A stretch of DNA of 64,000 nt from Spirochaetia bacterium. Its GTDB lineage: Bacteria > Spirochaetota > Spirochaetia > SZUA-6 > Bin103. The notes below the pieces were generated by a model. It worked only from the letters and a program-made list of their open reading frames with translations. It was not told where the DNA came from and did not search any database. Below, piece after piece: positions 1 to 10,004 of the stretch; within the stretch, counting starts at the first letter, position 1, and each line of letters begins with the position of its first letter. The position numbers and the translations under genes are program-made. The stretch spans positions 4,416,001-4,480,000 of the forward strand of contig OZ241863.1 of the NCBI GenBank assembly GCA_965203055.1, given 5' to 3'.

Positions 1-774
1 CTGCCGGTGGACGGGGACCCCGGCGACGTGCGCTGGGTGTTCTGGGGCGCCAACACCGCCTACCTGGTGGGCGACTTCGACGGCCGCTACTTCACTCCGC
101 ACGGAGGCCCGCGCCGGCTGCAGCCGGCGGGCCAACACTATGCCGCGCAGACCTTCAGCGACCTGCCCGCGGCCGATGGGCGCCGGATCATGGTCGGCTG
201 GCTGCGCCAGCCGCTGCCGGGCATGCCGTTCTCGCAGTTCATGAGCGTCCCGCACACCCTCCACCTGCGCCGCGGCGCAGGCCGCGAGCCGGCGCTGGCC
301 ACGGCGCCGGTCGCCGAGTTGGAGACGCTGCGCGCCGCCGACTGGCAGGCGGATGACCGGCCGCTGCCGCCCGGCGCCGCGCTGGAGGCGGAGCTGACCG
401 GCGAGCTGCTGGACGTCGAGGCGGTGATCGAACCGGGCGCCGCGGACGCCGTCGGAATGGTGGTGCGCGGCGTCTCGGTATGGTACGACCGCCGTACCGG
501 GTGGCTGTTCAACGGCGTCCTCAGGGCATACCTGGGGCCGGGCCTGGCCGCGGTCACCTTCCGCGTACTGGCCGATCGGGCCTCGGTCGAGCTGTTTGCC
601 GGCGCCGGCGCCGCGCCGCCCGGCGGCCCGGCGCCGGTCATGCTGGCGGCCGGGGTGGTGCTGCTGCCGGCCGAACAGACGGTGCGCTTCTTTGCCGCCG
701 GCGGCGGCGGCGTGCTGCGCCGCGCCCGCGTCTCCCGGCTGCGTTCGGCCTGGCCGCAGCCGCCGGCCGTCTGA
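1..774 (+). CDS. Glycoside hydrolase family 32 (levanase/beta-fructofuranosidase-like), 3' part; starts upstream of the window
   Basis: Frame open from base 1; YLVGDFDG, HYAAQTF, RRIMVGW and MSVP motifs, plus C-terminal beta-sandwich LADRASVELF typical of GH32. Confidence 0.85.
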   Translation: MPVDGDPGDVRWVFWGANTAYLVGDFDGRYFTPHGGPRRLQPAGQHYAAQTFSDLPAADGRRIMVGWLRQPLPGMPFSQFMSVPHTLHLRRGAGREPALATAPVAELETLRAADWQADDRPLPPGAALEAELTGELLDVEAVIEPGAADAVGMVVRGVSVWYDRRTGWLFNGVLRAYLGPGLAAVTFRVLADRASVELFAGAGAAPPGGPAPVMLAAGVVLLPAEQTVRFFAAGGGGVLRRARVSRLRSAWPQPPAV

Positions 775-788
775 CCGGGGGCGCCGGC

Positions 789-2225
789 GTGCCCGCGGTC
801 CGCCCCAACGTCCTGTTCTTCTTCGCCGACGACCAGCGCTTCGATACCATCCGCGCGCTCGGCAATCCCGACATCGACACGCCCAACCTCGACTGGCTGG
901 TGCGCGAGGGCACCGCCTTCACCCGCGCGCACGTCATGGGCGGCAGCGTAGCCGCGGTGTGCATGCCGAGCCGCGCCATGCTGATGACCGGCCGCACCCT
1001 GTTTCGCCTGCACGACTCCGGCGCCGAGATCCCCGCCGCGCACGTCATGCTGCCGGAGCTGCTGCGGGAGGCCGGCTACGACACCTTCGGCACCGGCAAG
1101 TGGCACAACGGCGCCGCCGCCTTCGCGCGCTGCTTCAGCCATGGGGATCAGATCTTCTTCGGCGGCATGGACGATCACTGGAACGTGCCGGCGTGCCGCT
1201 TCGACCCCGCCGGGGTCTATCCCGAGCCGCGCCCGCATCCCTTCGATCCCGGCACCGGCGCGCCGGAAATGCAACTCAAGTCCTACGACCACGTGGCCGC
1301 CGGCGTCCACTCCTCGCAGCTCTTCGCCGACGCCACCGTCGAGTTCCTGCTGCAGCGCGCCGGCTCGGGCGCCCGCGCGCGGGCCGGCGGCGCCGGCTGC
1401 CGGCCGTTCTTCGCCTACCTGTCGTTCATGGCGCCGCACGATCCGCGCACCATGCCGCAGCGGTTCCTCACCAGGTACGACCCCGACCGCATCCCGCTGC
1501 CCGACGCCTTCCTGCCGGAACATCCCTTCGACATCGGCTGGCGCGGGCGCGACGAACTGCTGGAGAGCTATCCGCGCACCCCGGCCGCCATTCGCCGCCA
1601 CCTCGCCGAGTACTACGCCATGATCAGCCATCTGGATGCCGAGCTGGGACGGGTCATCGACGCCCTGCGCGCCACCGGCGAGCTGGCCAATACCATCATC
1701 GTGTTCGCCGGCGACAACGGCCTGGCCCTGGGGCAGCATGGCCTGATGGGCAAGCAGAGTACCTACGATCACAGCGTGCACGTGCCGCTGCTGATGGCGG
1801 GACCGGGGATTCCGCGCGCGGCGCGGCGTCCCGCGCTGTGCTATCTGCTCGATATCTATCCGACCCTGTGCGAGCTGCTCGGGGTTGCCGTACCGGAGTC
1901 GGTGGAGGGGCGCAGCCTGGGTCCGGCGCTGGCCGACCCCGGCGCCGCGGTGCGCGATCACCTGCACTTCGCCTATCAGGATCTGCATCGGGCGGTCACC
2001 GACGGGCGCTTCAAGCTGATCGAATACCTGGTCGGGGAGGCGCGCCATACCCAGCTCTTCGACCACGCCGGCGATCCGCGCGAGCTGCGCAACCTGGCCC
2101 ATGAACCGGCCCACGCGGACACGGTGCGGCGCCTGCGCTCCCGCCTGCGGGAGTGGCGCGAACTCTGGGACGATCCCGCGGACCACCTGTGGCGCACCCT
2201 CGACCAAGGAGGCAGTGATGGATAG
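789..2225 (+). CDS. Sulfatase (choline-sulfatase-like)
   Basis: GTG at 789, then RPNVLFFFADDQR, TPNLD, formylglycine motif CMPSRAMLMTGR, GKWH, PHDP, GDNG...HG..GK. Confidence 0.92.
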   Translation: MPAVRPNVLFFFADDQRFDTIRALGNPDIDTPNLDWLVREGTAFTRAHVMGGSVAAVCMPSRAMLMTGRTLFRLHDSGAEIPAAHVMLPELLREAGYDTFGTGKWHNGAAAFARCFSHGDQIFFGGMDDHWNVPACRFDPAGVYPEPRPHPFDPGTGAPEMQLKSYDHVAAGVHSSQLFADATVEFLLQRAGSGARARAGGAGCRPFFAYLSFMAPHDPRTMPQRFLTRYDPDRIPLPDAFLPEHPFDIGWRGRDELLESYPRTPAAIRRHLAEYYAMISHLDAELGRVIDALRATGELANTIIVFAGDNGLALGQHGLMGKQSTYDHSVHVPLLMAGPGIPRAARRPALCYLLDIYPTLCELLGVAVPESVEGRSLGPALADPGAAVRDHLHFAYQDLHRAVTDGRFKLIEYLVGEARHTQLFDHAGDPRELRNLAHEPAHADTVRRLRSRLREWRELWDDPADHLWRTLDQGGSDG

Positions 2226-2574
2226 AACGACCATCGTCCTGCTGTGCATCGGCTTCATCGTGGTGTGGATGGTGTTCAAGCACTTCACCCAGAAGAAGCC
2301 GCAGCAGCGGGCGGCGGCGAACGGCGCCGGGCAGGAGCAGCGCTTCGACCTGGACAAGTGGTTCGGGCGCGCCCAGGACCTGATCGGCGTGATGGACGGC
2401 GCCCAGCGTGAGGCGCGCGAGGAAGAGTGGCGGGCGCTGGACGGGGAGCGCCAGCTCGCCTTGGCGGACGAGTTCCTGCAGCGCACCGCCGGCGCTGCGG
2501 AGGCGGCCCGCCTCAACGTCGACGAACGGCGCCGGGTGGGGTGGGCCTACTTCGTCAGCCGCCTGGAGTCGTAG
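2218..2574 (+). CDS. Small hypothetical membrane-anchored protein
   Basis: AAGGAGG RBS before ATG 2218, overlapping the sulfatase stop; N-terminal hydrophobic helix IVLLCIGFIVVWMVF. Confidence 0.7.
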   Translation: MDRTTIVLLCIGFIVVWMVFKHFTQKKPQQRAAANGAGQEQRFDLDKWFGRAQDLIGVMDGAQREAREEEWRALDGERQLALADEFLQRTAGAAEAARLNVDERRRVGWAYFVSRLES

Positions 2575-2593
2575 CCGGGCGCCGGTTCCGCTT

Positions 2594-3460
2594 TTACGCT
2601 GACGCCAGCAGCGCGCCGCCGGCGCGCAGCCCCGCCTTCTCGCCCTCCTCGCTGCCGTTGAAGTGCTGGTCTTCCAGCTCGATGGCAATGCCGCCGCGGT
2701 AGCCGGCGGCGCGCAGCGCCGCGAACGCCGCGGTCCAACGCATCTCTCCGTGGCCGGGAATGGTGTAGCGCCAGTGGTTGTCGGCGAACCGCGCCGGCTT
2801 GGCGAGCGGCGGCTGGCGGATGCCGTACCGATACTGGGCTGCGGGCGAGATCTCGGTGTCCTTGCCATGGGCGTGGCGCACGTGGGCGGCGAACTCCTGC
2901 GCGAAGCGAACCGGATCGATACCGGTGGCGATCAGGTGCGACGGGTCGTAGTTGATGCCGATGGCCGCCGACTCGCAGCCGTCCAGGACTGCCTGGTACG
3001 ATTCCGGGGTCGTGGCTATGGCGCCCGGTCCCGGCCAGCCCTCGATCGCCAGACAGGACCCGGTATCCTCGAATACCGGCACCAGTTCGCGCAGCGAGGC
3101 CACGAAGCGCTCCAGGTTGTCGGCGCGCGGCAGCGACGCATCCTCGGGGATGGCGCAGATGTTGAAGATCCTGGCGCCGCCGGCGGCGGCGGCGCGCAGG
3201 TAATCGGCGGCGCGCCGGACGCCGGCGCGGCGGGTGTCCGCATCCGCGGAGGTGAGCTGCTCGCGCCCGATCAGGTCGGCGGCGCCGACGGCGAAGCCGG
3301 CGCCGGTGAGAAGCTGCGCGGTTTCGTCCGCATCCTCGTCCAGGTCCAGAAACTCGAAGCCGTTGGCGGTTGCCCAGCGGGCGACCGCCAGCAGGTCACT
3401 CTTCCAGGTGAGTTGCTTGACGTAGAAGCCGATAGGGAAGTTGCCGGTGCGGGTAGTCAT
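2594..3460 (-). CDS. Sugar phosphate isomerase/epimerase (xylose-isomerase-like TIM barrel)
   Basis: LAIEGWP, INYDPSH, HAHGKD, PGHG and AIELED metal-binding pattern. Confidence 0.88.
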   Translation of the reverse strand: MTTRTGNFPIGFYVKQLTWKSDLLAVARWATANGFEFLDLDEDADETAQLLTGAGFAVGAADLIGREQLTSADADTRRAGVRRAADYLRAAAAGGARIFNICAIPEDASLPRADNLERFVASLRELVPVFEDTGSCLAIEGWPGPGAIATTPESYQAVLDGCESAAIGINYDPSHLIATGIDPVRFAQEFAAHVRHAHGKDTEISPAAQYRYGIRQPPLAKPARFADNHWRYTIPGHGEMRWTAAFAALRAAGYRGGIAIELEDQHFNGSEEGEKAGLRAGGALLASA

Positions 3461-3553
3461 GGGGCGATTCTGATGGTACCGGCGCCGGATCTGTCAATCG
3501 GGTCGCCGGCCCGCGTCTTGCCGGCAACCGGGCCGGCTCCGTAGACTGTGGCC

Positions 3554-4618
3554 ATGCGTGTTTACGTCGGAACCTATACCCGCGATGAAACCGGCAGCGA
3601 AGGCATCTACCTGGCGGACCTCGACGTTGCCTCCGGCGAGCTGACCGTGCGGGGGGTGGCGGCGCGCGCCGACAACCCGTCGTTTCTGGCGTTGAACGCC
3701 GCGGGGAGCCACCTCTACGCGGTCAGCGAGGTGAGCGATGCCGGCGGCGCCCCGCAGGGCGCCGTTGCGGCCTACCGGGTGGCGGCCGACGGCGCGCTGA
3801 CCCTCCTGGGCCGGCAGCGCACCGGCGCCGCCGGCCCGTGTCACGTCGCGGTCGATCCGAGCGGTGAGCTGGTGTTCGCCGCCAACTACGCCGGCGGCGC
3901 GTTCACCATGTTCCGGTGCGCGCCCGACGGCGCCCTCGGCGAGCGCCTGGTGACGCTCCACCACGAGGGCCGCAGCGTCGATCCGGCGCGCCAACAGGAA
4001 CCCCATCCGCACTCGGCGAACCTGTCGCCGGACGGCGCCTTCCTGTACGTTCCCGACCTCGGCACCGACCGCATCGAGAGCTACCGCATCGACGCTGCCG
4101 CCGGCACCCTGACCGCCGCCGGCAGCACCGTCATGGCGCCCGGCTCGGGGCCGCGGCACTTCGCGTTCCACCCCCGGGGGCGGGTGGCGTACGCCATCAA
4201 CGAGCTCGCCTCCACCATTACCGCATTCGCCTGGGACGCCGCCGGCGGCGGGCTGACGGAACTGCACACGGTGTCCACGCTGCCGGACGGCTTCTCCGGC
4301 ACCAGTCACTGCGCCGACATCCACGCGCATCCCGACGGGCGCTTCGTGTACGGCTCCAACCGCGGCCACGACAGCATCGCCATCTTCGCCGTGGGCGGCG
4401 ACGGGCGGCTGGATCCGGTCGGCCACGAGTCGACTCAGGGGAGCACACCGCGCAACTTCACCCTCGATCCCTCCGGCGCGCTGCTGCTGGCCGCCAACCA
4501 GCGCAGCGACAGCATCGTGAGCTTTCGGGTCGACCCGGAGCGCGGCGCGCTGCGGCCCACCGGGCACCGCGCCGCGGTCCCCGCGCCGGTCTGTCTGGTT
4601 CCGGTCCCGGGCACCTGA
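3554..4618 (+). CDS. pgl: 6-phosphogluconolactonase (lactonase family beta-propeller)
   Basis: VYVGTYT, NPSFLA, PCHV, ANY, PHPHS, DLGTD, GSGPRH, SNRGHDSI, PRNF motifs. Confidence 0.9.
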   Translation: MRVYVGTYTRDETGSEGIYLADLDVASGELTVRGVAARADNPSFLALNAAGSHLYAVSEVSDAGGAPQGAVAAYRVAADGALTLLGRQRTGAAGPCHVAVDPSGELVFAANYAGGAFTMFRCAPDGALGERLVTLHHEGRSVDPARQQEPHPHSANLSPDGAFLYVPDLGTDRIESYRIDAAAGTLTAAGSTVMAPGSGPRHFAFHPRGRVAYAINELASTITAFAWDAAGGGLTELHTVSTLPDGFSGTSHCADIHAHPDGRFVYGSNRGHDSIAIFAVGGDGRLDPVGHESTQGSTPRNFTLDPSGALLLAANQRSDSIVSFRVDPERGALRPTGHRAAVPAPVCLVPVPGT

Positions 4619-4684
4619 CGCCGGCGCCGCGCGCCGGCTCCCGCTCAGGTGGCAACGCGCCCGGCGATGCCGTAAGCTCACGCC

Positions 4685-5143
4685 ATGCATCCTCCGAAAC
4701 CGGCCGCCGACGCGGGCTACCTGGAAGCGGCCGCGCGCATCATCTTCATGGGCGGCCTGAACCGCCGGGTGGTGGACGGCAAGTGGGCGGGCTTTCGCCA
4801 AGTGTTCTCCAACTTCGACCTGGCTGCGGTCGCCAAGCTGACGCCGGACGACGTCGACCGCATCGCCCAGGATGATCGGGTCATCAAGTACCGCGCCAAG
4901 CTGGCGGCGGTAGTGACCAACGCCCGCGCCATGGCCGCCATCGCCGCCGAACATGGTTCGTTCGCCGCCTACGTGGACGCGCTGTACTCGCAACAGGGAG
5001 CCGGCGGCGCATGCCGCGCGCTGGCCAAGGAATTCGCCTACGTATCCGAACAAGGCGCCCGCCATTGGCTCTACGCCACCGGCTACGACGTCGGCGAGGT
5101 CAGCGACAAGGTACGCGGCAAGTACGCGCCGTTCAGCGGCTAG
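4685..5143 (+). CDS. DNA-3-methyladenine glycosylase I-like protein (short form)
   Basis: F.GGL...V..KW.GF...F..FD...VA and VIKYRAKLAAVVTNARA pattern of the Tag family. Confidence 0.75.
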   Translation: MHPPKPAADAGYLEAAARIIFMGGLNRRVVDGKWAGFRQVFSNFDLAAVAKLTPDDVDRIAQDDRVIKYRAKLAAVVTNARAMAAIAAEHGSFAAYVDALYSQQGAGGACRALAKEFAYVSEQGARHWLYATGYDVGEVSDKVRGKYAPFSG

Positions 5144-5224
5144 CCGCGCGCCGATGCAGCCAACCGGACGCAGCAATCGTCGGGCCGCCCGGGGCGTTGT
5201 CGGGACCGCGCCGGGTAGCGCACA

Positions 5225-6397
5225 ATGGGCGTCATGTCAGTAGATGCCCTGGAATTGGCGCACCGGCTGGTAGCCATCGATTCGGTGAGCCGCCACAGCA
5301 ACGCCGCGATCAGCGACCTGTTGCACGGCGTGCTGGAGGGCGCCGGGTTCGAGGTGGAACGGCTGGAGTACGACGACCCGGCGGGGGTGCGCAAGGTCAA
5401 CCTGGTGGGCCGTCGCGGGCGCGGCAGCGGCGGCTTCGGGCTGTTTTCCCACAGCGACACGGTGCCCGGGGATAGCTGGGCGGCCGGCGCGTTCAGCCCG
5501 CGCTGCGCGGGCGGCCGCCTGATCGGCCTGGGCAGTTGCGACATGAAGGGCCCGCTGGCGGCCACCATCGAGGCCGCTGCGGCGGCGCCGGCGGACCGCC
5601 TGACGCGACCCGTCTACGTGGTGGTGACCGCGGATGAGGAGGTATCGGGACGCGGCGCGCTGCACGTGGCGGCCAACTCCCGCCTCTACCGCGGCGGTCC
5701 CACGCTCGGGGTGATTGCCGAGCCGACCCGGCTCACGCCGATCTACGCCCACAAGGGCAGCGCTCAGGCGGTGGTGACCGCCTGCGGGCGCGCGGCCCAC
5801 AGCAGCACCGGCAAAGGGGTCAACGCCACCTTCCTCATCGCGCCGTTCCTGGCCGAGATGGCGCAGTTGGCGCAGGAGATTCAGGCCGACGAGACGTTTC
5901 TCAACCCCGAGTTCTCGCCGCCCCACAACTGCCTCAACGTGACCATCGACGACGGCCGCGCGCGGCCCAACGTCACCGCCGCGCGCACCGTGTGCACGCT
6001 CGGCTTTCGCCCCATGCCCGACGACCGCAGCGCCGACCTGCTGGCCATCATCCGCGAGAAGGCGGAGCGCCGCGGCCTTGAGTTCGAGGGCCGCCTCGGG
6101 GCGGCGTTCCGGGTGCCGCCGGACAGCCGCGTGGTACGCCTCGCCCTGGAGGCCAGCGGCGCGGAGCGCGCCGCTACGGCGGCGTACGGAACCGACGCGT
6201 TCGCCTTCATGAACGATCTGGAACTGGTGGTGCTCGGTCCGGGCGACATCGCCCAGGCGCACACCGAGGGAGAGTGGATTGCGGTGTCGGAGCTGCGCCG
6301 CGCCGTGACCGTCTACCGCGCCATGATCGACGCCGCGTGCGGTCCCGCGGCCGAACCGGCGGATGCCGCGCCCGCGGCCGAGCCCGCGCCGGCGTGA
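5225..6397 (+). CDS. argE: M20 family metallohydrolase, acetylornithine deacetylase-like (start may be ATG 5234)
   Basis: SHSDTVP, GLGSCDMKG, ADEE, AEPT, G.AAHSS, YGTDA, GPGDIAQAHT.GE. Confidence 0.8.
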   Translation: MGVMSVDALELAHRLVAIDSVSRHSNAAISDLLHGVLEGAGFEVERLEYDDPAGVRKVNLVGRRGRGSGGFGLFSHSDTVPGDSWAAGAFSPRCAGGRLIGLGSCDMKGPLAATIEAAAAAPADRLTRPVYVVVTADEEVSGRGALHVAANSRLYRGGPTLGVIAEPTRLTPIYAHKGSAQAVVTACGRAAHSSTGKGVNATFLIAPFLAEMAQLAQEIQADETFLNPEFSPPHNCLNVTIDDGRARPNVTAARTVCTLGFRPMPDDRSADLLAIIREKAERRGLEFEGRLGAAFRVPPDSRVVRLALEASGAERAATAAYGTDAFAFMNDLELVVLGPGDIAQAHTEGEWIAVSELRRAVTVYRAMIDAACGPAAEPADAAPAAEPAPA

Positions 6398-6852
6398 CCG
6401 GCGGCGTGGCGCAGCGCGCGGCTGACCCGGCGGCGGACGCCGCCGGCCCGCTGTTCAGTCTGGAGATGAAGGTGCGCGACTATGAGTGCGACCTCCAGCA
6501 GATCGTCAACAACGCGGTCTACCAGCACTACTTCGAGCACACCCGCCACGAATTTCTGCTGCGCGTCGGCCTCGATTACGCGTCCCTGCACCACGCCGGC
6601 GTCGATCTGGTGGTGGTACGGGCGGAGCTGGACTACCACTACCCGTTGCGCAGCGGCGACCGCTTCCTGGTGACCCTGGACCTGGAACCGAAGGGGCCGA
6701 TTCGATTCCTGTTTCGGCAGGCCATCTTCCTCATCCCGGACCGGCGGCGTATAGTTACCGGCGTATTCCAGGGGGCGAGTCTTCGCCGCGGGCGTCCTGC
6801 CGCGGTGGCGGAAGTGACCGATGCCCTCTACAAAGCGAGCACACGTCTATGA
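6394..6852 (+). CDS. Acyl-CoA thioesterase (YbgC/FadM hotdog family)
   Basis: GTG overlapping the upstream TGA; VRDYECDLQQIVNNAVYQHYFEHTR motif. Confidence 0.88.
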   Translation: MTGGVAQRAADPAADAAGPLFSLEMKVRDYECDLQQIVNNAVYQHYFEHTRHEFLLRVGLDYASLHHAGVDLVVVRAELDYHYPLRSGDRFLVTLDLEPKGPIRFLFRQAIFLIPDRRRIVTGVFQGASLRRGRPAAVAEVTDALYKASTRL

Positions 6853-8204
6853 GCAAGAAGATCTTTTTCCTGGTTGGCGAGGACGAGTATCACTCCGCGC
6901 GCACCATACCGCCGTTCGCCCGGCGGGTGGCCGGCGAGCTGGGCCATGAGGCGGTACTCAGCGTGGGGGCCGAGGCCGACCCGCTCGACCTCACGGGGCT
7001 GGATGACGCCGCCCTGCTGGTGATCGCGGTGCGGTTCCGCAACCCGACTCCGGAGCAGCTCCGGCAGTTGCACGACTGGTTCGCCGCCGGGCGTCCCGCG
7101 GTAGGCATGCGCACCACCAGCCACGCCTTCAGCAACGCCCGCGGCTGGTGCCCCGACTACTTCGGCGGCCATTACATGAGCCACGCCCCCAACCAGCAGG
7201 GCCAGCTCGCCGCGGTGTACCCGGCGGCCGCTTCGCATCCGATCGTGCGCGATCTGCCCAAGGTTACCGAAATGGGCTACGGCGGCTCCTACAACGCCGT
7301 GCCGCTGGCCGACACCGCCACGCCGCTCATGTTCGGCAAGACCGGCGAGTTGCCGGCGGAGCCGGTGGCGTGGGTCAACCGCTACACCCCCGACTCGCGG
7401 GTGTTCTTTACCTCGCTGGGCAGCGCCGAGCACTTCGAGGTGGCGGCCTTTACCCAATTGCTGCGCAACGCCATCGCCTGGTGCCTGGGCGAAGAGGATG
7501 ATGCCGTTCCGGGAGACGACGCCGGCGCCGGCCCCGCGGCCCTGTTGCCGCCCCCGCCGCGGCGCCCGCCGCACAGCGCCAAAGTCCTGTTCACCGGCGC
7601 CCCGCTACGCGGGTGGCGGCATTGGGACCCGAGCCGCCAGCCGCCGGGGATGCGCCTCGACCCGCGCGCGGAGAGCTCCTCCGGCGGCCAGCGGTTCGAC
7701 GCCGCCCGCTGGCCGGCCACCGGCAACGTGCTGACCGCGGCGCCGGGAACTGGCGACGTCTACAGCGCGGCGCGGTTCGGCGCCCATCGCCTGCATCTCG
7801 ACTTTCAGCTTCCGCACGAGCCGGAGTGGGTGCCGGGAACGCTGCGCGGCACCGGCGGCGTGTTCGTCGCCGGGCGCTACGAAATCGAGCTGCGCGGGCC
7901 GGCGCCGGAGTCGGCGCCGGAATATCAGTGCGGCGCGCTGAACGGTCTCAAGGCGCCGGACGTGGCCGCCGCCGGGGCCGCGGGTACGTGGCAGGAGCTG
8001 GAAGTGGAGTTCACCCCGGAAGGGGACGGCGGGCGCATCTCGGTGTGGCTCAACGGCAGCCGCATCCACCATGACGTGGCGCTGACCGGGCCCACGCCGC
8101 GCGGCTTCACCGAGCTGCCGGAAGCGTGGCAGGGCAAGTGCCCGCTGCGCCTGCAGGCCGACGCCGCGCCGGTGCGGTTCGCCAACATCTGGGTTTCGGA
8201 GTAG
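6849..8204 (+). CDS. ThuA-like domain + DUF1080 (family 16 glycoside hydrolase-like) fusion protein
   Basis: ATGA overlap at 6849; N-terminal GEDEY...GMRTTSHAF...EPVAW...RVFFTSLG; C-terminal LHLDF, G.GGVF..GRYEI, CGAL, GTWQ, VWLNG..IH, LRLQ...VRFANIWV. Confidence 0.8.
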   Translation: MSKKIFFLVGEDEYHSARTIPPFARRVAGELGHEAVLSVGAEADPLDLTGLDDAALLVIAVRFRNPTPEQLRQLHDWFAAGRPAVGMRTTSHAFSNARGWCPDYFGGHYMSHAPNQQGQLAAVYPAAASHPIVRDLPKVTEMGYGGSYNAVPLADTATPLMFGKTGELPAEPVAWVNRYTPDSRVFFTSLGSAEHFEVAAFTQLLRNAIAWCLGEEDDAVPGDDAGAGPAALLPPPPRRPPHSAKVLFTGAPLRGWRHWDPSRQPPGMRLDPRAESSSGGQRFDAARWPATGNVLTAAPGTGDVYSAARFGAHRLHLDFQLPHEPEWVPGTLRGTGGVFVAGRYEIELRGPAPESAPEYQCGALNGLKAPDVAAAGAAGTWQELEVEFTPEGDGGRISVWLNGSRIHHDVALTGPTPRGFTELPEAWQGKCPLRLQADAAPVRFANIWVSE

Positions 8205-8225
8205 GCCTGCCCCAGCAGGCCGGCG

Positions 8226-9110
8226 TCAGGCGAGCGGAATCTGCTCGGCGACGGCTACCCGGCGAATGTAGTCGGCGCCCAGGTCGTATTCATGCTGGGT
8301 GGGCAGGTGCTCGATCATCAGCGGCACCACCTGCGGCAGCTCGTGCAGCGCGCGCAGGTAGGCGCGGTAGTCGATCGCGCCGAGCCCCGGGCGTACTTCG
8401 TGCAAGATCACGCTGACCTCTTCCTGCATGGCCAGGTCCTTGGCGTGGGCGGAAACGATGCGGTCGCCGAACAGGCGCACGCTCTCGCGCACCAGCGCGG
8501 CGTTTTCGTAGTAGTGCCGCGGGCAGTTCACGAGGTTCACCAGATCCATGTGCGCGGCGAACTGCGGGCGGTCGACGGCATCCAGCAGGCGGCGGATGTT
8601 GGCCGGTGAGTCGGCCACGCTGAAGGGATAGATCTCGTACACGAAGCGGGCGCGTTTGGGCTTGACCGTGTCGATCAGCCAACGCGCGTTGTCGACCGCC
8701 GCGGCGAACGCATCCGGGGTGAAGTTGAACGCGTCGTGGGAGCCTTGGCCGGGGCCGCCGGGTGAGCCGATGCAGGTGATGGCGCAGAGCGCGCCCACCT
8801 CGTCGGCGATGGCCAGGTACTCGGCCATGCGCTGCCGCTCGCGTCGCGCCTCGGCGGCGTCCGGGTGCAGCATGTTGCGCCAGCCGCCCACCTCCGCCAG
8901 CAGGATGCCTTCGCCGGCGAATGCGGTTCGTATGTCACGCAGCCGCTGCCGGTCGGCTACCGCCACCTGCGGGCAGTAGGCGGCGCCCAGGCCGCGGGCG
9001 CGATGCGCCCGCGCCAGGGCGTATACGTCGTCGACGGCCGAGCCATGCGCCGCGCCCACCGCCGCATCGCCTTCCCGATTGCCCATGATCACACTGCCAA
9101 GCCGCACCAT
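8226..9110 (-). CDS. Sugar phosphate isomerase/epimerase family protein
   Basis: LLAEVGGWRN, YEIYP, HMDLVN, SAHAKD, PGLG.IDY, LMIEHL. Confidence 0.85.
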   Translation of the reverse strand: MVRLGSVIMGNREGDAAVGAAHGSAVDDVYALARAHRARGLGAAYCPQVAVADRQRLRDIRTAFAGEGILLAEVGGWRNMLHPDAAEARRERQRMAEYLAIADEVGALCAITCIGSPGGPGQGSHDAFNFTPDAFAAAVDNARWLIDTVKPKRARFVYEIYPFSVADSPANIRRLLDAVDRPQFAAHMDLVNLVNCPRHYYENAALVRESVRLFGDRIVSAHAKDLAMQEEVSVILHEVRPGLGAIDYRAYLRALHELPQVVPLMIEHLPTQHEYDLGADYIRRVAVAEQIPLA

Positions 9111-9145
9111 AGCGCGGCGATGGTAGCCGGTGGCCGCCGGCCTGC

Positions 9146-10000
9146 CTACCGGGACGGCCGCGCCGACCGCCCGCGGGCGAGCGGCGCGTCGGGCGGCGCC
9201 TCGTCAACCGGCCGCCTGGTGCTCAGCACCACGCCGCCGACGTTGCGCAGGATGCGCTCCAGGCGTTGCGCTTCGCGGTCTACCAGGTCGGCGCGGGTGA
9301 GAATGTCGGTCAGGAACCGCTGCACGCTGCGCGCGCCGGCGCTGCTGAAGAACCCGACCTCGGCCAGGGCCTGGGTCAGCGGTTCGGCCATGCGCGCGAC
9401 GCGCTCGGCCCCGACGGAGCGCTGGCGCGGGCGCGCCCGGCGCGCCGCGCGGTCGTGTTTGTACACCTCGTAGGCTACCACCTGGACCGCGTGCGACAGG
9501 TTGAGCGACGGAAACCGAGGCGACGACGGGATGGCGACGGCTACCTGGCATGGCTCCATTTCGGCATCCGAGAGGCCGTTTTTCTCGTTGCCGAACACCA
9601 GCGCCGCGGGACCCGGCCGCCGCGCCGCCAACCGCTCCCCAAGTTGCTCGGCGGTCCAGATGCGGTATTTGCGCCGCTTGCCGTCGCGCCGGGTAACCGC
9701 CGCGGCGAGGGCGCAGTCCCGCACCGCTTCCGCCACGCTGCGGCACAGCACCGCGCGTTCCAGGAGATCGGCCGCGTGGACGGCGACGATCCGCGCCGCG
9801 CGCCAGTCGATCGCCTCCGCGCCCACCAGGTAGAGGGTTTCGATGCCCATGGTCTTGGCGGCGCGGCAGGCGGCGCCGACGTTGCGGCTCTCCTCGGGGC
9901 GCACCAGGACGACGCGCAGGCCGCGCCCCGGCGGCGCGGCCGTTGCCGGCGGCGCGGCGGCGGCGGGGAGCGCCGGCTGCGGTCTGCCGGCGGTGCTCAC
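9146..10000 (-). CDS. trmJ: SPOUT RNA methyltransferase, TrmJ/LasT family
   Basis: VVLVRPEESRNVGAACRAAKTMG, ALVFGNEKNGLS, SLNLSHAV; GTG start at 10000 just after the upstream stop. Confidence 0.82.
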   Translation of the reverse strand: MSTAGRPQPALPAAAAPPATAAPPGRGLRVVLVRPEESRNVGAACRAAKTMGIETLYLVGAEAIDWRAARIVAVHAADLLERAVLCRSVAEAVRDCALAAAVTRRDGKRRKYRIWTAEQLGERLAARRPGPAALVFGNEKNGLSDAEMEPCQVAVAIPSSPRFPSLNLSHAVQVVAYEVYKHDRAARRARPRQRSVGAERVARMAEPLTQALAEVGFFSSAGARSVQRFLTDILTRADLVDREAQRLERILRNVGGVVLSTRRPVDEAPPDAPLARGRSARPSR

Positions 10001-10004
10001 GCCG